DNA from: an uncultured Desulfatitalea sp.
Lineage (GTDB): Bacteria; Desulfobacterota; Desulfobacteria; Desulfobacterales; Desulfosarcinaceae
Assembly: GCA_963668675.2 (NCBI GenBank)
Contig: CAXXMB010000002.1
Span: 928,001-992,000 of the forward strand
DNA length: 64,000 nt
Reading direction: 5' to 3'
Shown: positions 37,832-47,207 of the stretch, piece after piece
How the letters are laid out: every line of letters starts with the position of its first letter
Numbering within the stretch: position 1 is the first letter of the stretch
Program-made: the position numbers and the translations under genes
The notes under the pieces: generated by a model
Seen by the model: the letters and a program-made list of their open reading frames with translations, nothing else
What the model was told of the DNA's origin: nothing
Database searches by the model: none

Positions 37832-38878
37832 ATGCACGAAATCTCCATCGAAGGTCAAACCGGCCGTTCACGGATTCTGGTCGGTGAAAGTCTTGAAAAC
37901 CTGCCCAAATACCTGCCCGATGGGCGCTCGGTCATCGTTACCGATGAGAAGGTGGGCGCATTGTACGGGGATCGGTTCCCAGCCGGCGAGGTGATCACCA
38001 TCGGGTGTGGAGAGAAACACAAAACCCTGGAGAGCCTTGCGACGATCTACGAGCGGCTCATTGAAACCGAAGCCGACCGCAGCTCGTTCATCGTGGGTAT
38101 CGGCGGCGGCATTGTCGGCGACGTCACCGGTTTTGCTGCCTCGACTTATATGCGCGGCATCCGCTTCGGATTCGTGCCTACCAGCCTGCTGGCCCAGGTA
38201 GACGCCACCGTGGGCGGCAAAAACGGCGTTAATTTCAAGGGTTATAAAAACATGGTAGGCGTCTTCAACCAGCCAGACTTCGTCATCGCCGATATCACCC
38301 TGCTCAAGACCCTGCCGCCCGAAGAGGTCGCCTGCGGGCTGGCCGAAATCGTCAAGCACGGCTGTATCGCCGATAAAGCCTACTTCGAATTCATCGAAGC
38401 GCACTGCGACGCCATCGCCCGACTGGACCACGACACCATGCTGCACCTGGTGCGCGAGTCGGTGCGCATCAAGGCAGCCGTGGTCAACCAGGATGAACGC
38501 GAAGCCGGCGAGCGCCGCAAACTCAACTTTGGACACACCCTGGGCCACGCGTTCGAAAAGACACTGGGCATCTCCCACGGTGAAGCGGTCAGCGCCGGCA
38601 TGGTCATAGCGGCCGAACTTTCGGTCCGCAAGGGACTGCTGGAGGAGAACACCCTGCACCGCCTCAAGACCCTGCTGGAAAGGCTCAAGCTGCCTGTTAC
38701 CCTAAGCTACGACCGCCAGGCCGTATTCCAGGCGCTCAAGAAAGACAAGAAGCGCGAAAAGGAACACATGCATTTTGTTTTGCTCGATGCGTTGGGGAAA
38801 GCCGTGGTCGAATCCATCCAACTAAATGAGCTTGAGGGGTGGTTGATGGGAAGCAAGCAAGAAAGTTTCGGTACTTAA
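37832..38878 (+). CDS. aroB: 3-dehydroquinate synthase
   Basis: GGGIVGD, YMRGI, AQVDATVGGKNGVN, LNFGHTLGHA, HGEAV. Confidence 0.96.
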   Translation: MHEISIEGQTGRSRILVGESLENLPKYLPDGRSVIVTDEKVGALYGDRFPAGEVITIGCGEKHKTLESLATIYERLIETEADRSSFIVGIGGGIVGDVTGFAASTYMRGIRFGFVPTSLLAQVDATVGGKNGVNFKGYKNMVGVFNQPDFVIADITLLKTLPPEEVACGLAEIVKHGCIADKAYFEFIEAHCDAIARLDHDTMLHLVRESVRIKAAVVNQDEREAGERRKLNFGHTLGHAFEKTLGISHGEAVSAGMVIAAELSVRKGLLEENTLHRLKTLLERLKLPVTLSYDRQAVFQALKKDKKREKEHMHFVLLDALGKAVVESIQLNELEGWLMGSKQESFGT

Positions 38879-38917
38879 ATGTTATGCCAGCCTTGAAAAC
38901 AAATCGACAGAATACCA

Positions 38918-38981
38918 CAACTTTCATACTTTCCAACTTTCATACCACTTATTGACACCCTTTCGGAGCGCCGTCTATAGT
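38918..38981 (+). promoter_or_regulatory. Sigma70-like promoter preceded by a 12-bp direct repeat
   Basis: CAACTTTCATAC twice (38918, 38934), then TTGACA(38952)-18 bp-TATAGT. Confidence 0.6.
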
Positions 38982-39014
38982 AAATACAATACCAACCCAT
39001 TCAAGAGGATCGGC

Positions 39015-41054
39015 ATGGGCTCCCAGACTCCGGTCATCGGCTCCATCCTCTGTATGGTCGATCTCTCCGACGCCACGAAAGCGGTGATCGAATGGTCGGC
39101 CCGCTTTGCCCAACTTACAGGCGCGGAACTGCGCCTGCTGCACGCGATCCATCTGCCATCGGATCAACTCCATCCAACCGTCGAATTCGAACGCAGCGGC
39201 GATCTTCAGACGCGCAAGGCGGAGAGCGGCGCCGCAATCGAGCAGCTCATGCCACCGCTGGGCATCTCCTGGCGGCTTGAGATCGTCCCCGGAGATCCGG
39301 CCGAAGTGGCCACCGAGTATTGCAAAAACCATCCAATCGATCTGATCGTCGCCGGCAGCCTCGGAATTACGCGCCTGAAACGCCTTTTCATGGGCACGGT
39401 GGTCGAGCGCATGGCACGCATGGTGGCCTGCCCAATGCTGGTTCTGCGCCCAAATTATCATGCGCCCGACGCCATTCGGCGCATCGGTGTTTGCTGCGAC
39501 CTATCTCCGATCCACATCCCGTTAATCCGATGGGGCGGCCGTATTGCCCGCGGACTATCTGCCGATCTCGGATTACTGCACGCCATGGCGTCCGCCGTCA
39601 ATGCGGATATGGTCGAACCCACCACCGCGCCGTACAGTCAAGTGCAGCAACAGCTTCAACACCGAGTTGAAGAGGCCCTTCTGGACATGGCCCGTGAGGC
39701 CGCAGGCCCCGGTTTTGCCATGCATCCTCACCTTGCTACCGGTTCGGCCCAGGATGAACTGCTGGACCTGGTGCGAAAAAATAAGATCGATCTCGTTGTC
39801 GTCGGGGTCCGCCACCACAGTGCCATCGGTAAACTGATGGTCGGATCGACCACCGAGGTGCTGTTGCGCAAGGCGCCCTGCCATGTTCTCACCGTACCCG
39901 CCTCAATGACGGCAAAGGGGATCGTTGCCGGCACCGAAACCGCCTGTATGCTCTCTTTACCCACAGGCGTGGTCTGGGATCAACGCTATCTCGAACACCG
40001 CAGCGATGGAGAACATGCCGAGAATTACCACCGCCTGGAGGCCGTTTACACACTTCTGGACCACCTTCAGGAAGAGATCCCTCTTCTCCGCGTCACCCCT
40101 CGCGCTGCTACGGAAGAAGAGTTGGGGTGGGTCCACTCGGCGGCCTATGTCCGCCAAATCCAGGCCACTGCAAAACAAGACTACACCCAACTCACACCGG
40201 ACACCTATGCCTGCGCCGCGTCGTATCCGACGGCTGCACTGGCGGCCGGCGGCATCATGGCCGCCATAGACGCCGTCACCTCCGGAAAAGCGAAAAACGC
40301 CTTTGTCCTGGCACGCCCACCCGGCCACCATGCCGAAGCCGGCCGGGCCGGTGGATATTGCCTTTTCAACAATGTGGCCATCGGTGCCCAGTATGCCCGC
40401 AACCGGCTCAAGATGGGCAAAGTTCTTATCGTGGATTGGGATCTCCACCACGGCAACGGCATCCAACATCTCTTCGAAAGCGATCCATCCGTGCTCTACT
40501 TCTCTTCCCACCAATACCCGCTATTTCCCGGAACCGGTCATCTGCTCGAGGTCGGCCGAGGGCGGGGGGAAGGCTACAACATCAACGTGCCGCTGCGCAA
40601 AGGGTTGGGCGATGGAGACATCGCCTATCTCTACAAAAAGCTTCTCGAACCGGTGGCACATGCTTATAAACCGGATCTGGTACTCGTGTCGGCCGGCTTC
40701 GACCTCCATAAAAAAGATCCGCTGGGGGGCATGAAACTGAGCCCGCATGGTTTCTCCGCCCTCACCCGAATCCTCATGGAGATCAGCGCCCTCTGCTGCC
40801 AGGGGCGCCTGATCCTGGCACTGGAGGGCGGCTACCATCGACAGGCACTGGCCGATTCTGTCAAGGCCGTTCTGGAGGAGCTCTGCGGACAATCCCACTG
40901 CAATGTGGAGCGACTGGCATCCAAGGCCAACCGCCGCCGGGTGGGGCCCATCATCCATCGCTGCACGGAGGTGATGAAACAATATTGGCCATGTTTGCGC
41001 GAACCGAAGGCGTCTGGTCACGCCCGAAAACAAAATCGAGGTCGACATGAATAA
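39015..41054 (+). CDS. Tandem universal stress protein (USP-USP) domains fused to a Zn-dependent histone-deacetylase-family domain
   Basis: USP motifs (DLIVAGSLG...MGTVVE; DLVVVG...VGSTTEVLLRKAPCHVLTV), then RPPGHHA, GYCLFNN, DWDLHHGNG, SAGFD, LEGGY. Confidence 0.9.
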   Translation: MGSQTPVIGSILCMVDLSDATKAVIEWSARFAQLTGAELRLLHAIHLPSDQLHPTVEFERSGDLQTRKAESGAAIEQLMPPLGISWRLEIVPGDPAEVATEYCKNHPIDLIVAGSLGITRLKRLFMGTVVERMARMVACPMLVLRPNYHAPDAIRRIGVCCDLSPIHIPLIRWGGRIARGLSADLGLLHAMASAVNADMVEPTTAPYSQVQQQLQHRVEEALLDMAREAAGPGFAMHPHLATGSAQDELLDLVRKNKIDLVVVGVRHHSAIGKLMVGSTTEVLLRKAPCHVLTVPASMTAKGIVAGTETACMLSLPTGVVWDQRYLEHRSDGEHAENYHRLEAVYTLLDHLQEEIPLLRVTPRAATEEELGWVHSAAYVRQIQATAKQDYTQLTPDTYACAASYPTAALAAGGIMAAIDAVTSGKAKNAFVLARPPGHHAEAGRAGGYCLFNNVAIGAQYARNRLKMGKVLIVDWDLHHGNGIQHLFESDPSVLYFSSHQYPLFPGTGHLLEVGRGRGEGYNINVPLRKGLGDGDIAYLYKKLLEPVAHAYKPDLVLVSAGFDLHKKDPLGGMKLSPHGFSALTRILMEISALCCQGRLILALEGGYHRQALADSVKAVLEELCGQSHCNVERLASKANRRRVGPIIHRCTEVMKQYWPCLREPKASGHARKQNRGRHE

Positions 41055-41406
41055 AATCACGATCATGGAAGCTTCCGTACGCAAGTGGAACCGTATCATC
41101 GATGGCAAAGGCAGCGATGGCGGGGTGCTCGACTGCCCACCCTGCCGCATTTTCTACATGCTGGTCTGTACCGGCTGCCCCATCGCATCCTATACCGGAA
41201 AGAAGTTCTGCAAAGAGACCCCTTACGTCGCGTGGTATCGGCACCAGAACGAAGCCCACGGGTATATGTTCCGAAAAGTCTACTGTGAAGAGTGCCGCAA
41301 GTTGGCAATAGAGATGCGCGATTTCATGCAAACCATTGTGGATCATCTTAAAAAGGAAAAACAGGCAGCCGAAAACCAAACCGCTGACGAAAAGATGGCT
41401 GAATAA
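41047..41406 (+). CDS. Hypothetical cysteine-rich protein
   Basis: CPPC-X7-CTGCP-X9-C...CEEC. 8-bp overlap with the deacetylase gene. Confidence 0.75.
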   Translation: MNKITIMEASVRKWNRIIDGKGSDGGVLDCPPCRIFYMLVCTGCPIASYTGKKFCKETPYVAWYRHQNEAHGYMFRKVYCEECRKLAIEMRDFMQTIVDHLKKEKQAAENQTADEKMAE

Positions 41407-41410
41407 ACGG

Positions 41411-42955
41411 ATGCTTTTCATCACCAATATCGCAGCTGTTCTGTTTAGTCTTCTCATCGCCGTGGCGCTGTTCAGCTTTTTCCGTTCTAAAAATGACACA
41501 GTTGCCGAAGCCTCAGCCTACGGCTTGATGCTCATGCTAATGGTGTCCAGCGGTATCGCTCAGGTCTTGCTGGTATGCGGGTTGCAACGATTTCTTCTCA
41601 TAGGACTGCTTCTGCTGGCCATACCCGCCGTTATCACGCTCATACATCTGCGGGAACTGACCGTTCAGCAGCTGAAAATCGCCCGCCATTTTATGAAAGC
41701 CCATCCACTCCCTGCCATCGTGTTTGTCTGTGGTGGTCTATGCATGCTCGCTTTCACCGTATGGAACGAGGTGACCAGAGGCCCCATCTCATTCATTGAT
41801 ATCTATTCAGGCCTCGGCCAGAAGAACGGCTCTCTCTTCACGCTGTTGCATACTGGAAATCAAACAGCGGCGATCGGGCTAAACCACACGATATTCATGG
41901 CCGACTGGCAGCCGCTCGTGGCAGCCCCCTTGGCCAACTGCTGCGCATATCTGGCCATTGCCTTGGCCACCTATGCTTTGGCGCGTCGTTATGCCTGGCC
42001 TCCAACGGCCATCACCGTTACGCTTCTCATCGTCAGCATGCCCAGACTGGTTCATCAAAACCTTGCCACTCAAAGCGAACTCTTGCCGGCAGCAGCGGCT
42101 TTGCTTGTACTTCTGGCCTTGTTTCGCACCGTCGAGCGCCCTCAGATAGAAGATGGGGCGATACTGCTCTCTTCTATCAGCTTCTCAGTAACAGACGGTC
42201 GACTATGCTACCTTCTTCCTGCAGTACTGACCGCCTTATGCGTACTCGTGCTGGCCCGCCGACACAACCTGCGTCTTTGGATCGACGTGGCCAAGGGCCA
42301 CTCGATCTATATCATCGTTATCCTGTGTGTCATGCTGGTTTTCAGTCAGGTGATAAACATCTCCTACAATTTACGCCAAGGCCTGCCCTGGATAGGGGCA
42401 CTCCCCAGAGACGAAGTCGTTTTCAATGCAGGGGGCATTTTGGGTGCCGGCGCCAACATGGTGCGCTATCTTCTCCAAACCATTCATATGCCGGCATTTG
42501 TGGACAATGTGTTGCAATGGACTTTCGGGTGGGGGCTTGTTGAGACGATTGAATCCGTTTACCACCAAACGGTTGGCGTGTGGGCAAACAGTAAAGGTGC
42601 GGTAGAGGCGTTCGAGTTGAACTGGGCACCGGACAATCCCTGGACGTGGTTCGGACCGGTCGGTTTCCTCATGGTTGTGCCTGCTATGCTTCACGCACTG
42701 CGGCTGGGGCCCCACCGGCTGAAAACAACGGCGCTGGCCATGCTGACCTATTGGTTGTTGATCGCCTTGATTGTTGCCTGGCGACCAAGCAACGTACGAT
42801 TGATGACCCCCCTGTTTGTCTGCAGCGGATTTTTTACAGCCTTTCTTCTTCCTCCCTGGCGAATCGGGCACAACGGATGCCGAGTGCTGCAGTGGTTCTG
42901 TCTGGTGATGATCGTTTACGCCCTGCTGACCTACCCCGGCCACAGTGCGTTGTGA
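41411..42955 (+). CDS. Multi-pass membrane protein, possibly GT-C glycosyltransferase-like
   Basis: More than ten hydrophobic segments. The family assignment is a guess from topology. Confidence 0.6.
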   Translation: MLFITNIAAVLFSLLIAVALFSFFRSKNDTVAEASAYGLMLMLMVSSGIAQVLLVCGLQRFLLIGLLLLAIPAVITLIHLRELTVQQLKIARHFMKAHPLPAIVFVCGGLCMLAFTVWNEVTRGPISFIDIYSGLGQKNGSLFTLLHTGNQTAAIGLNHTIFMADWQPLVAAPLANCCAYLAIALATYALARRYAWPPTAITVTLLIVSMPRLVHQNLATQSELLPAAAALLVLLALFRTVERPQIEDGAILLSSISFSVTDGRLCYLLPAVLTALCVLVLARRHNLRLWIDVAKGHSIYIIVILCVMLVFSQVINISYNLRQGLPWIGALPRDEVVFNAGGILGAGANMVRYLLQTIHMPAFVDNVLQWTFGWGLVETIESVYHQTVGVWANSKGAVEAFELNWAPDNPWTWFGPVGFLMVVPAMLHALRLGPHRLKTTALAMLTYWLLIALIVAWRPSNVRLMTPLFVCSGFFTAFLLPPWRIGHNGCRVLQWFCLVMIVYALLTYPGHSAL

Positions 42956-43068
42956 GGGTTTGTTGAGTTGATTGGGTTTGTTGGGTTTGTTGAGTTGTTT
43001 GGGTTGTTGGGTGACGGCGAACCAATCTGAACCCAAGCAACCCAACAAGCTCAACAAACTCTATAACC
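42955..43068. repeat. Inverted arrays of about 9-bp tandem repeats
   Basis: (TTGGGTTTG/TTGAGTTG)n followed by complementary (AACCCAAGC/AACCCAACA/AGCTCAACA)n between convergent genes. Confidence 0.8.
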
Positions 43069-43070
43069 AT

Positions 43071-44243
43071 TTAAATTTCTATCTTCCCCTGCTTGAGCAT
43101 CTCTGTGGGCATGAACCATTGGATCCCCAGGCGTTTGGAGATCGCCTCGCAGCGCTCGGCCACTTTGTCCCACCCAATGCCCTTGGCCAGGGCAAACGGA
43201 CCGAAGGCCGAGCCGCCGCCATTCATCACGGCCTTATCGATTTCGGCCGCACTGTCGGTCACACCATCTTCGAGCAGTTTGGTGCCTTCGTTGACTTGCA
43301 GGCAGATGATGTCGGTGACGTCGAAGTCGGGATCGGCCTTGGCGGCATCGATGGTCGGGCGAGCGCCATCTGGCCAGTCGAAGATGCCTTTGCCGCTCTT
43401 CTTTCCCAGGTTGCCCTCGTCCACCAGCCGCTGCATCCAGCTGCGCGGCTTGAACTCGGGAGAGAGCGTTTCGGCGAAGTAGGCATTGCCATGCAGGTTG
43501 ACATCAAGACCGGTAAAATCCATGATTTCGTAAGGCCCCATGGGGGCGCCGATCGATCGGACCTTTGCATCGACCGCCTCCGGATCGACCATCCCCTTTT
43601 CATAAAGGTCGGCCATGAAGAGACCAATGGGTGCTCCCAGACGGTTGTAGATGAAACCGGGGGTGTCCTTCTCTACCCGCACAGGAACCATGTTGCCTCT
43701 GAAATTCTTCAGGCGCGACACCAGATCGTAACTGGTCTTCATGGTCTCTTCGGAAGTGCCTGCCCCCCGGATAACTTCGACCAGCAGCATCAGCATGACC
43801 GGATTGAAGAAGTGGATGCCGAGCACTTTATCGGGCCGGCCGGTGGCGGCGCCCATCTTGGTGATGCTCATGTTGGAGGTGTTGGAGGCCAGAATGGCGT
43901 GGGCAGGTGCATGGGCATCCGCCTCCTTGAAGATCTTGATCTTCAGGTCCAGAATTTCGGGTGCGGCTTCGATCATGAAGTCGGTCTCTTTGACCGCATC
44001 GCCCAAAACCGTGAATCCTTTGATGGCGCCCATTGCCCGATCCATCTCTTCGGCGGCCATCTTGCCTTTGGAGACCATCTTTTCAAAACTCGCCTTGATC
44101 CGCCCGGTGCCCTTGTCCACATATGCCTTTTCGATATCGTAAAGATGGACGTTCAGCCCCGCCAGTGCGCAAATTTCAGCGATGCCGTGCCCCATATCGC
44201 CGGCCCCGACGATGGTGATGGTTTTGATCTCTTCTGCATTCAT
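43071..44243 (-). CDS. 3-hydroxyacyl-CoA dehydrogenase family protein
   Basis: VGAGDMGHGIA, IEAAPE, LASNTS, GIHFFNP, PMGP, LGKKSGKG. Confidence 0.94.
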   Translation of the reverse strand: MNAEEIKTITIVGAGDMGHGIAEICALAGLNVHLYDIEKAYVDKGTGRIKASFEKMVSKGKMAAEEMDRAMGAIKGFTVLGDAVKETDFMIEAAPEILDLKIKIFKEADAHAPAHAILASNTSNMSITKMGAATGRPDKVLGIHFFNPVMLMLLVEVIRGAGTSEETMKTSYDLVSRLKNFRGNMVPVRVEKDTPGFIYNRLGAPIGLFMADLYEKGMVDPEAVDAKVRSIGAPMGPYEIMDFTGLDVNLHGNAYFAETLSPEFKPRSWMQRLVDEGNLGKKSGKGIFDWPDGARPTIDAAKADPDFDVTDIICLQVNEGTKLLEDGVTDSAAEIDKAVMNGGGSAFGPFALAKGIGWDKVAERCEAISKRLGIQWFMPTEMLKQGKIEI

Positions 44244-44260
44244 CGTAGAACTCCTTCCTG

Positions 44261-45436
44261 TTAGATCTTTTCCAATACGACGGCGTTGGCATTGCCGAAC
44301 CCGCCGCACAGCGTTGCCAGCCCGTACTTCTCATTGGGGAACTCGGTCTTCAGAACATTGTGCAGCGTGACCAGAAGACGGGCGCCCGATTCTCCCAGCG
44401 GGTGCCCCAGAGCCAGCGCACCGCCCCACACATTGGTCTTGGCAAACGGGGCGTTCGCATTGTCCAGTTTCAAATCACGGATGCAGGCCAGCGACTGGCT
44501 CGAAAACGCCTCGTTAATCTCCACGGCGCCGATGTCCGAAGCGCTCAGGCCATGGCGCTCGAACAGCCTTTTCACCGCGTTGATCGGGCCAATGCCCATG
44601 ACGGTGGGATCGCATCCGGCCTGAATGCCGCATTTGTATTTATAGCTGTACGACAGGCCCAGCGCATCGGCTTTTTCGCGGCTCATCAGCAGCAGGGCGG
44701 CCGCACCACTGGTGAGCGGAGAAGATGTGGCGGCGCTCACTTTGCCGTCCTCTTTAAACGGGGTCTTCATGAGCATCATATTTTCTTTGCTGACGGACTC
44801 GCGAATCCACTGGTCGTGTTCGACGAGAAATTCCGTGCCATCCTCCTGTTGGCCTGTCACCGGCACGATCTCACCTTTAAACTTGCCCGCGTCGCGCGCC
44901 TCTTTGGCCTTGACGTTGGAGTGGTACGCCATGTTGACCATATCCTCTTTTGAGATATCCCACTGTTCCGCCACCTTCTCAGCGGTATTGCCCATGGGGA
45001 TGTCGAACGGATTGTAGCGGTTCCAGAGGCGCGGCGGGATATCCATATTCGCGCCCATGGCCACCTTCTCCATGTCTTCCACGCCGGAGGCGATCATGAT
45101 GTCGGCCTCGCCGGTCATGATGGCCCTTGCAGCGTTCATCGCGGCGGTCATACCAGAAGGGCACTGGTTGCAGACGGTCTGGGAGGGGACATCATCCGGG
45201 TAATCGGACGCCAGCCACGCCAGACGACCGATATCGTTCTGCATGCCCGAAGGATTGGCCGTCCCTGTGATGACGCAATCCACATCTTCCGGCTTCACTT
45301 TCGGGTTGCGTTCGAACAGCGCCTTGTAGACGCTGGTCATCAACTCATCCGGACGAACATTGCGAAACCACCCCTTTTCATTGTGCGCCCTGCCGTTCGG
45401 GGTCCGTACGCCGTCAATGATTACACACTCTTTCAT
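44261..45436 (-). CDS. Thiolase (acetyl-CoA C-acyltransferase)
   Basis: NQCPSG, EINEAF, GGALALGHPLG, ATLCGGFG. Confidence 0.95.
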   Translation of the reverse strand: MKECVIIDGVRTPNGRAHNEKGWFRNVRPDELMTSVYKALFERNPKVKPEDVDCVITGTANPSGMQNDIGRLAWLASDYPDDVPSQTVCNQCPSGMTAAMNAARAIMTGEADIMIASGVEDMEKVAMGANMDIPPRLWNRYNPFDIPMGNTAEKVAEQWDISKEDMVNMAYHSNVKAKEARDAGKFKGEIVPVTGQQEDGTEFLVEHDQWIRESVSKENMMLMKTPFKEDGKVSAATSSPLTSGAAALLLMSREKADALGLSYSYKYKCGIQAGCDPTVMGIGPINAVKRLFERHGLSASDIGAVEINEAFSSQSLACIRDLKLDNANAPFAKTNVWGGALALGHPLGESGARLLVTLHNVLKTEFPNEKYGLATLCGGFGNANAVVLEKI

Positions 45437-45471
45437 CTGATCTCTCCTGTTTTTTATAAGGTTAAATCAAT

Positions 45472-47148
45472 CTATTCCCCTGTTTTCTTGGACTTGGTTG
45501 CCTCCTCCTCTGCTCGCAGCACCTTGCGCAATATTTTGCCGACAGCGGATTTGGGCAGCTCATTTCGGAACTCTACTATTTTGGGTGCCTTATAGGCAGC
45601 CAGCTTTTCACGGCAGAAGCCGATGATATCCTTCTCCGTCGCGGTTTCACCCGGTTTGAGCACCACGAAGGCTTTGATCGTCTCCCCGCGATAGTCGTCC
45701 TTGATGCCTACTGAAACGGCGTCGGCAACCTTGGGATGCTGATAGAGCACCTCATCGATTTCACGGGGGTAGACATTGTAGCCGCCGGCGATGATCATAT
45801 CCTTTTTGCGGTCTACGATGGCGAAGTAGTCATCCTCATCCTGAACCGCTATATCGCCGGTATAAAGCCATCCATCCTTGATGTGCGCAGCGGTCTCCTC
45901 CGGATTGTCCCAATACTCCTTCATCACGAGCGGGCTGCGGATGATCAGTTCACCAGGCTCGCCTTTGGGCACATCTTCAATCCCATTTTCGATGTCGACG
46001 AGCCTGACATCCGTATCGGGCAATGGAATGCCGATGCTTCCCTGCTTGCTCATACCCATCACCGGGTTGGCGATGCCCAGGGAGGTGGTTTCACTCATGC
46101 CCCACCCCTCTCCAAAATTGATGCCCATGGACTGGGCCTGGTCGATCAACTCGGTGGGCATGGGGCCGCCTCCGCTGTTGAACAGACCCAGTCTTCTTTC
46201 CAATTCCAGCTCCTTGGCTTTCGGGTGGTTCATCACGGCATTGATCATGGTTGGCACGGCCGGGAAAAAAGTGATCTTCTCGAAGTTGCCCAGAATGCCC
46301 ATAAACTCATCGATTTCAAAACGCGGGACCAGAATCAGGGTGGCACAATTGTAGACCCCCCAATTCAGCACCACGATGGTGCCGTAGACGTGAAAAAATG
46401 GCAGCACCGCCATGACGTTGCGCTTTTCAGGAGCGGTCATTTCGTTCACCGCCGACCCCCAAATGGTACACTGCATGGTGGCCGCGACAAGGTTGCCATG
46501 GGTCAGGACCGCCCCCTTCGGCAATCCGGTGGTGCCTCCGGTGAACTGAATCAGGGCGGGGTCTTCCGGAAGAATGTCAACCTTGGGGATGCGGGTGCTG
46601 GTGTTCTCGTCGATCAGGACCGAAAAGTGGTGCCACCCCTCTTCGAAATCGAGCTCTTCAACGGTGCTCATTGGGAATCCATCGATGTAGTCGGTCGGCC
46701 GCGTGACGATCACCCGACCGAAATCCACCTCCCTGCATAGCGGCCGGACATTCGGCAGAACCATATCGAAGGTGAACAGGGTTGAAACGCCGGTGTTGCT
46801 GCAGAGGGCCTTCAGCTCCTCAAATGTGTACATGGGGTTCAGATTGACGACAACGGCGCCGAGGGTCAAGGTGGCATAGTAGGCGATGATATACTGAGGG
46901 CAGTTGGGCAGATGAATCCCAACCCGATCCCCTTTCCGAACGCCCATGGCGCCCAGGGCATTGGCCATTCGCAGCATCTGCTGCCTGAGCGTCCAGTAGG
47001 AGAGCTCCGTGCCGAAGAAGTTGGTCGCCGGCTTATCCGGAAAATTCACCGCAGCCATACCCAAAAAATAGGAGGCCGGAACCCTCGGATAGCGGATGCT
47101 GAAGGGAACGTTATAGTCGTAGTGTCTCTGCCACGGTCTGGATTCCAT
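45472..47148 (-). CDS. Long-chain fatty acid-CoA ligase
   Basis: FTGGTTGLPKG, EGWGMSE, LYTGD, LPKSAVGKILR. Confidence 0.94.
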   Translation of the reverse strand: MESRPWQRHYDYNVPFSIRYPRVPASYFLGMAAVNFPDKPATNFFGTELSYWTLRQQMLRMANALGAMGVRKGDRVGIHLPNCPQYIIAYYATLTLGAVVVNLNPMYTFEELKALCSNTGVSTLFTFDMVLPNVRPLCREVDFGRVIVTRPTDYIDGFPMSTVEELDFEEGWHHFSVLIDENTSTRIPKVDILPEDPALIQFTGGTTGLPKGAVLTHGNLVAATMQCTIWGSAVNEMTAPEKRNVMAVLPFFHVYGTIVVLNWGVYNCATLILVPRFEIDEFMGILGNFEKITFFPAVPTMINAVMNHPKAKELELERRLGLFNSGGGPMPTELIDQAQSMGINFGEGWGMSETTSLGIANPVMGMSKQGSIGIPLPDTDVRLVDIENGIEDVPKGEPGELIIRSPLVMKEYWDNPEETAAHIKDGWLYTGDIAVQDEDDYFAIVDRKKDMIIAGGYNVYPREIDEVLYQHPKVADAVSVGIKDDYRGETIKAFVVLKPGETATEKDIIGFCREKLAAYKAPKIVEFRNELPKSAVGKILRKVLRAEEEATKSKKTGE

Positions 47149-47207
47149 AAAAACCCCCTTTGTTAAAATTCAGCTGTTCGATTCACGCTAAACCATCCCA
47201 CTGTTTT

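Noticed and set aside
42371..43070. ORFs with QPKQLNKPNK / TQQTQQ repeats
   Set aside because: They are translations of the nonamer microsatellite overlapping real genes.
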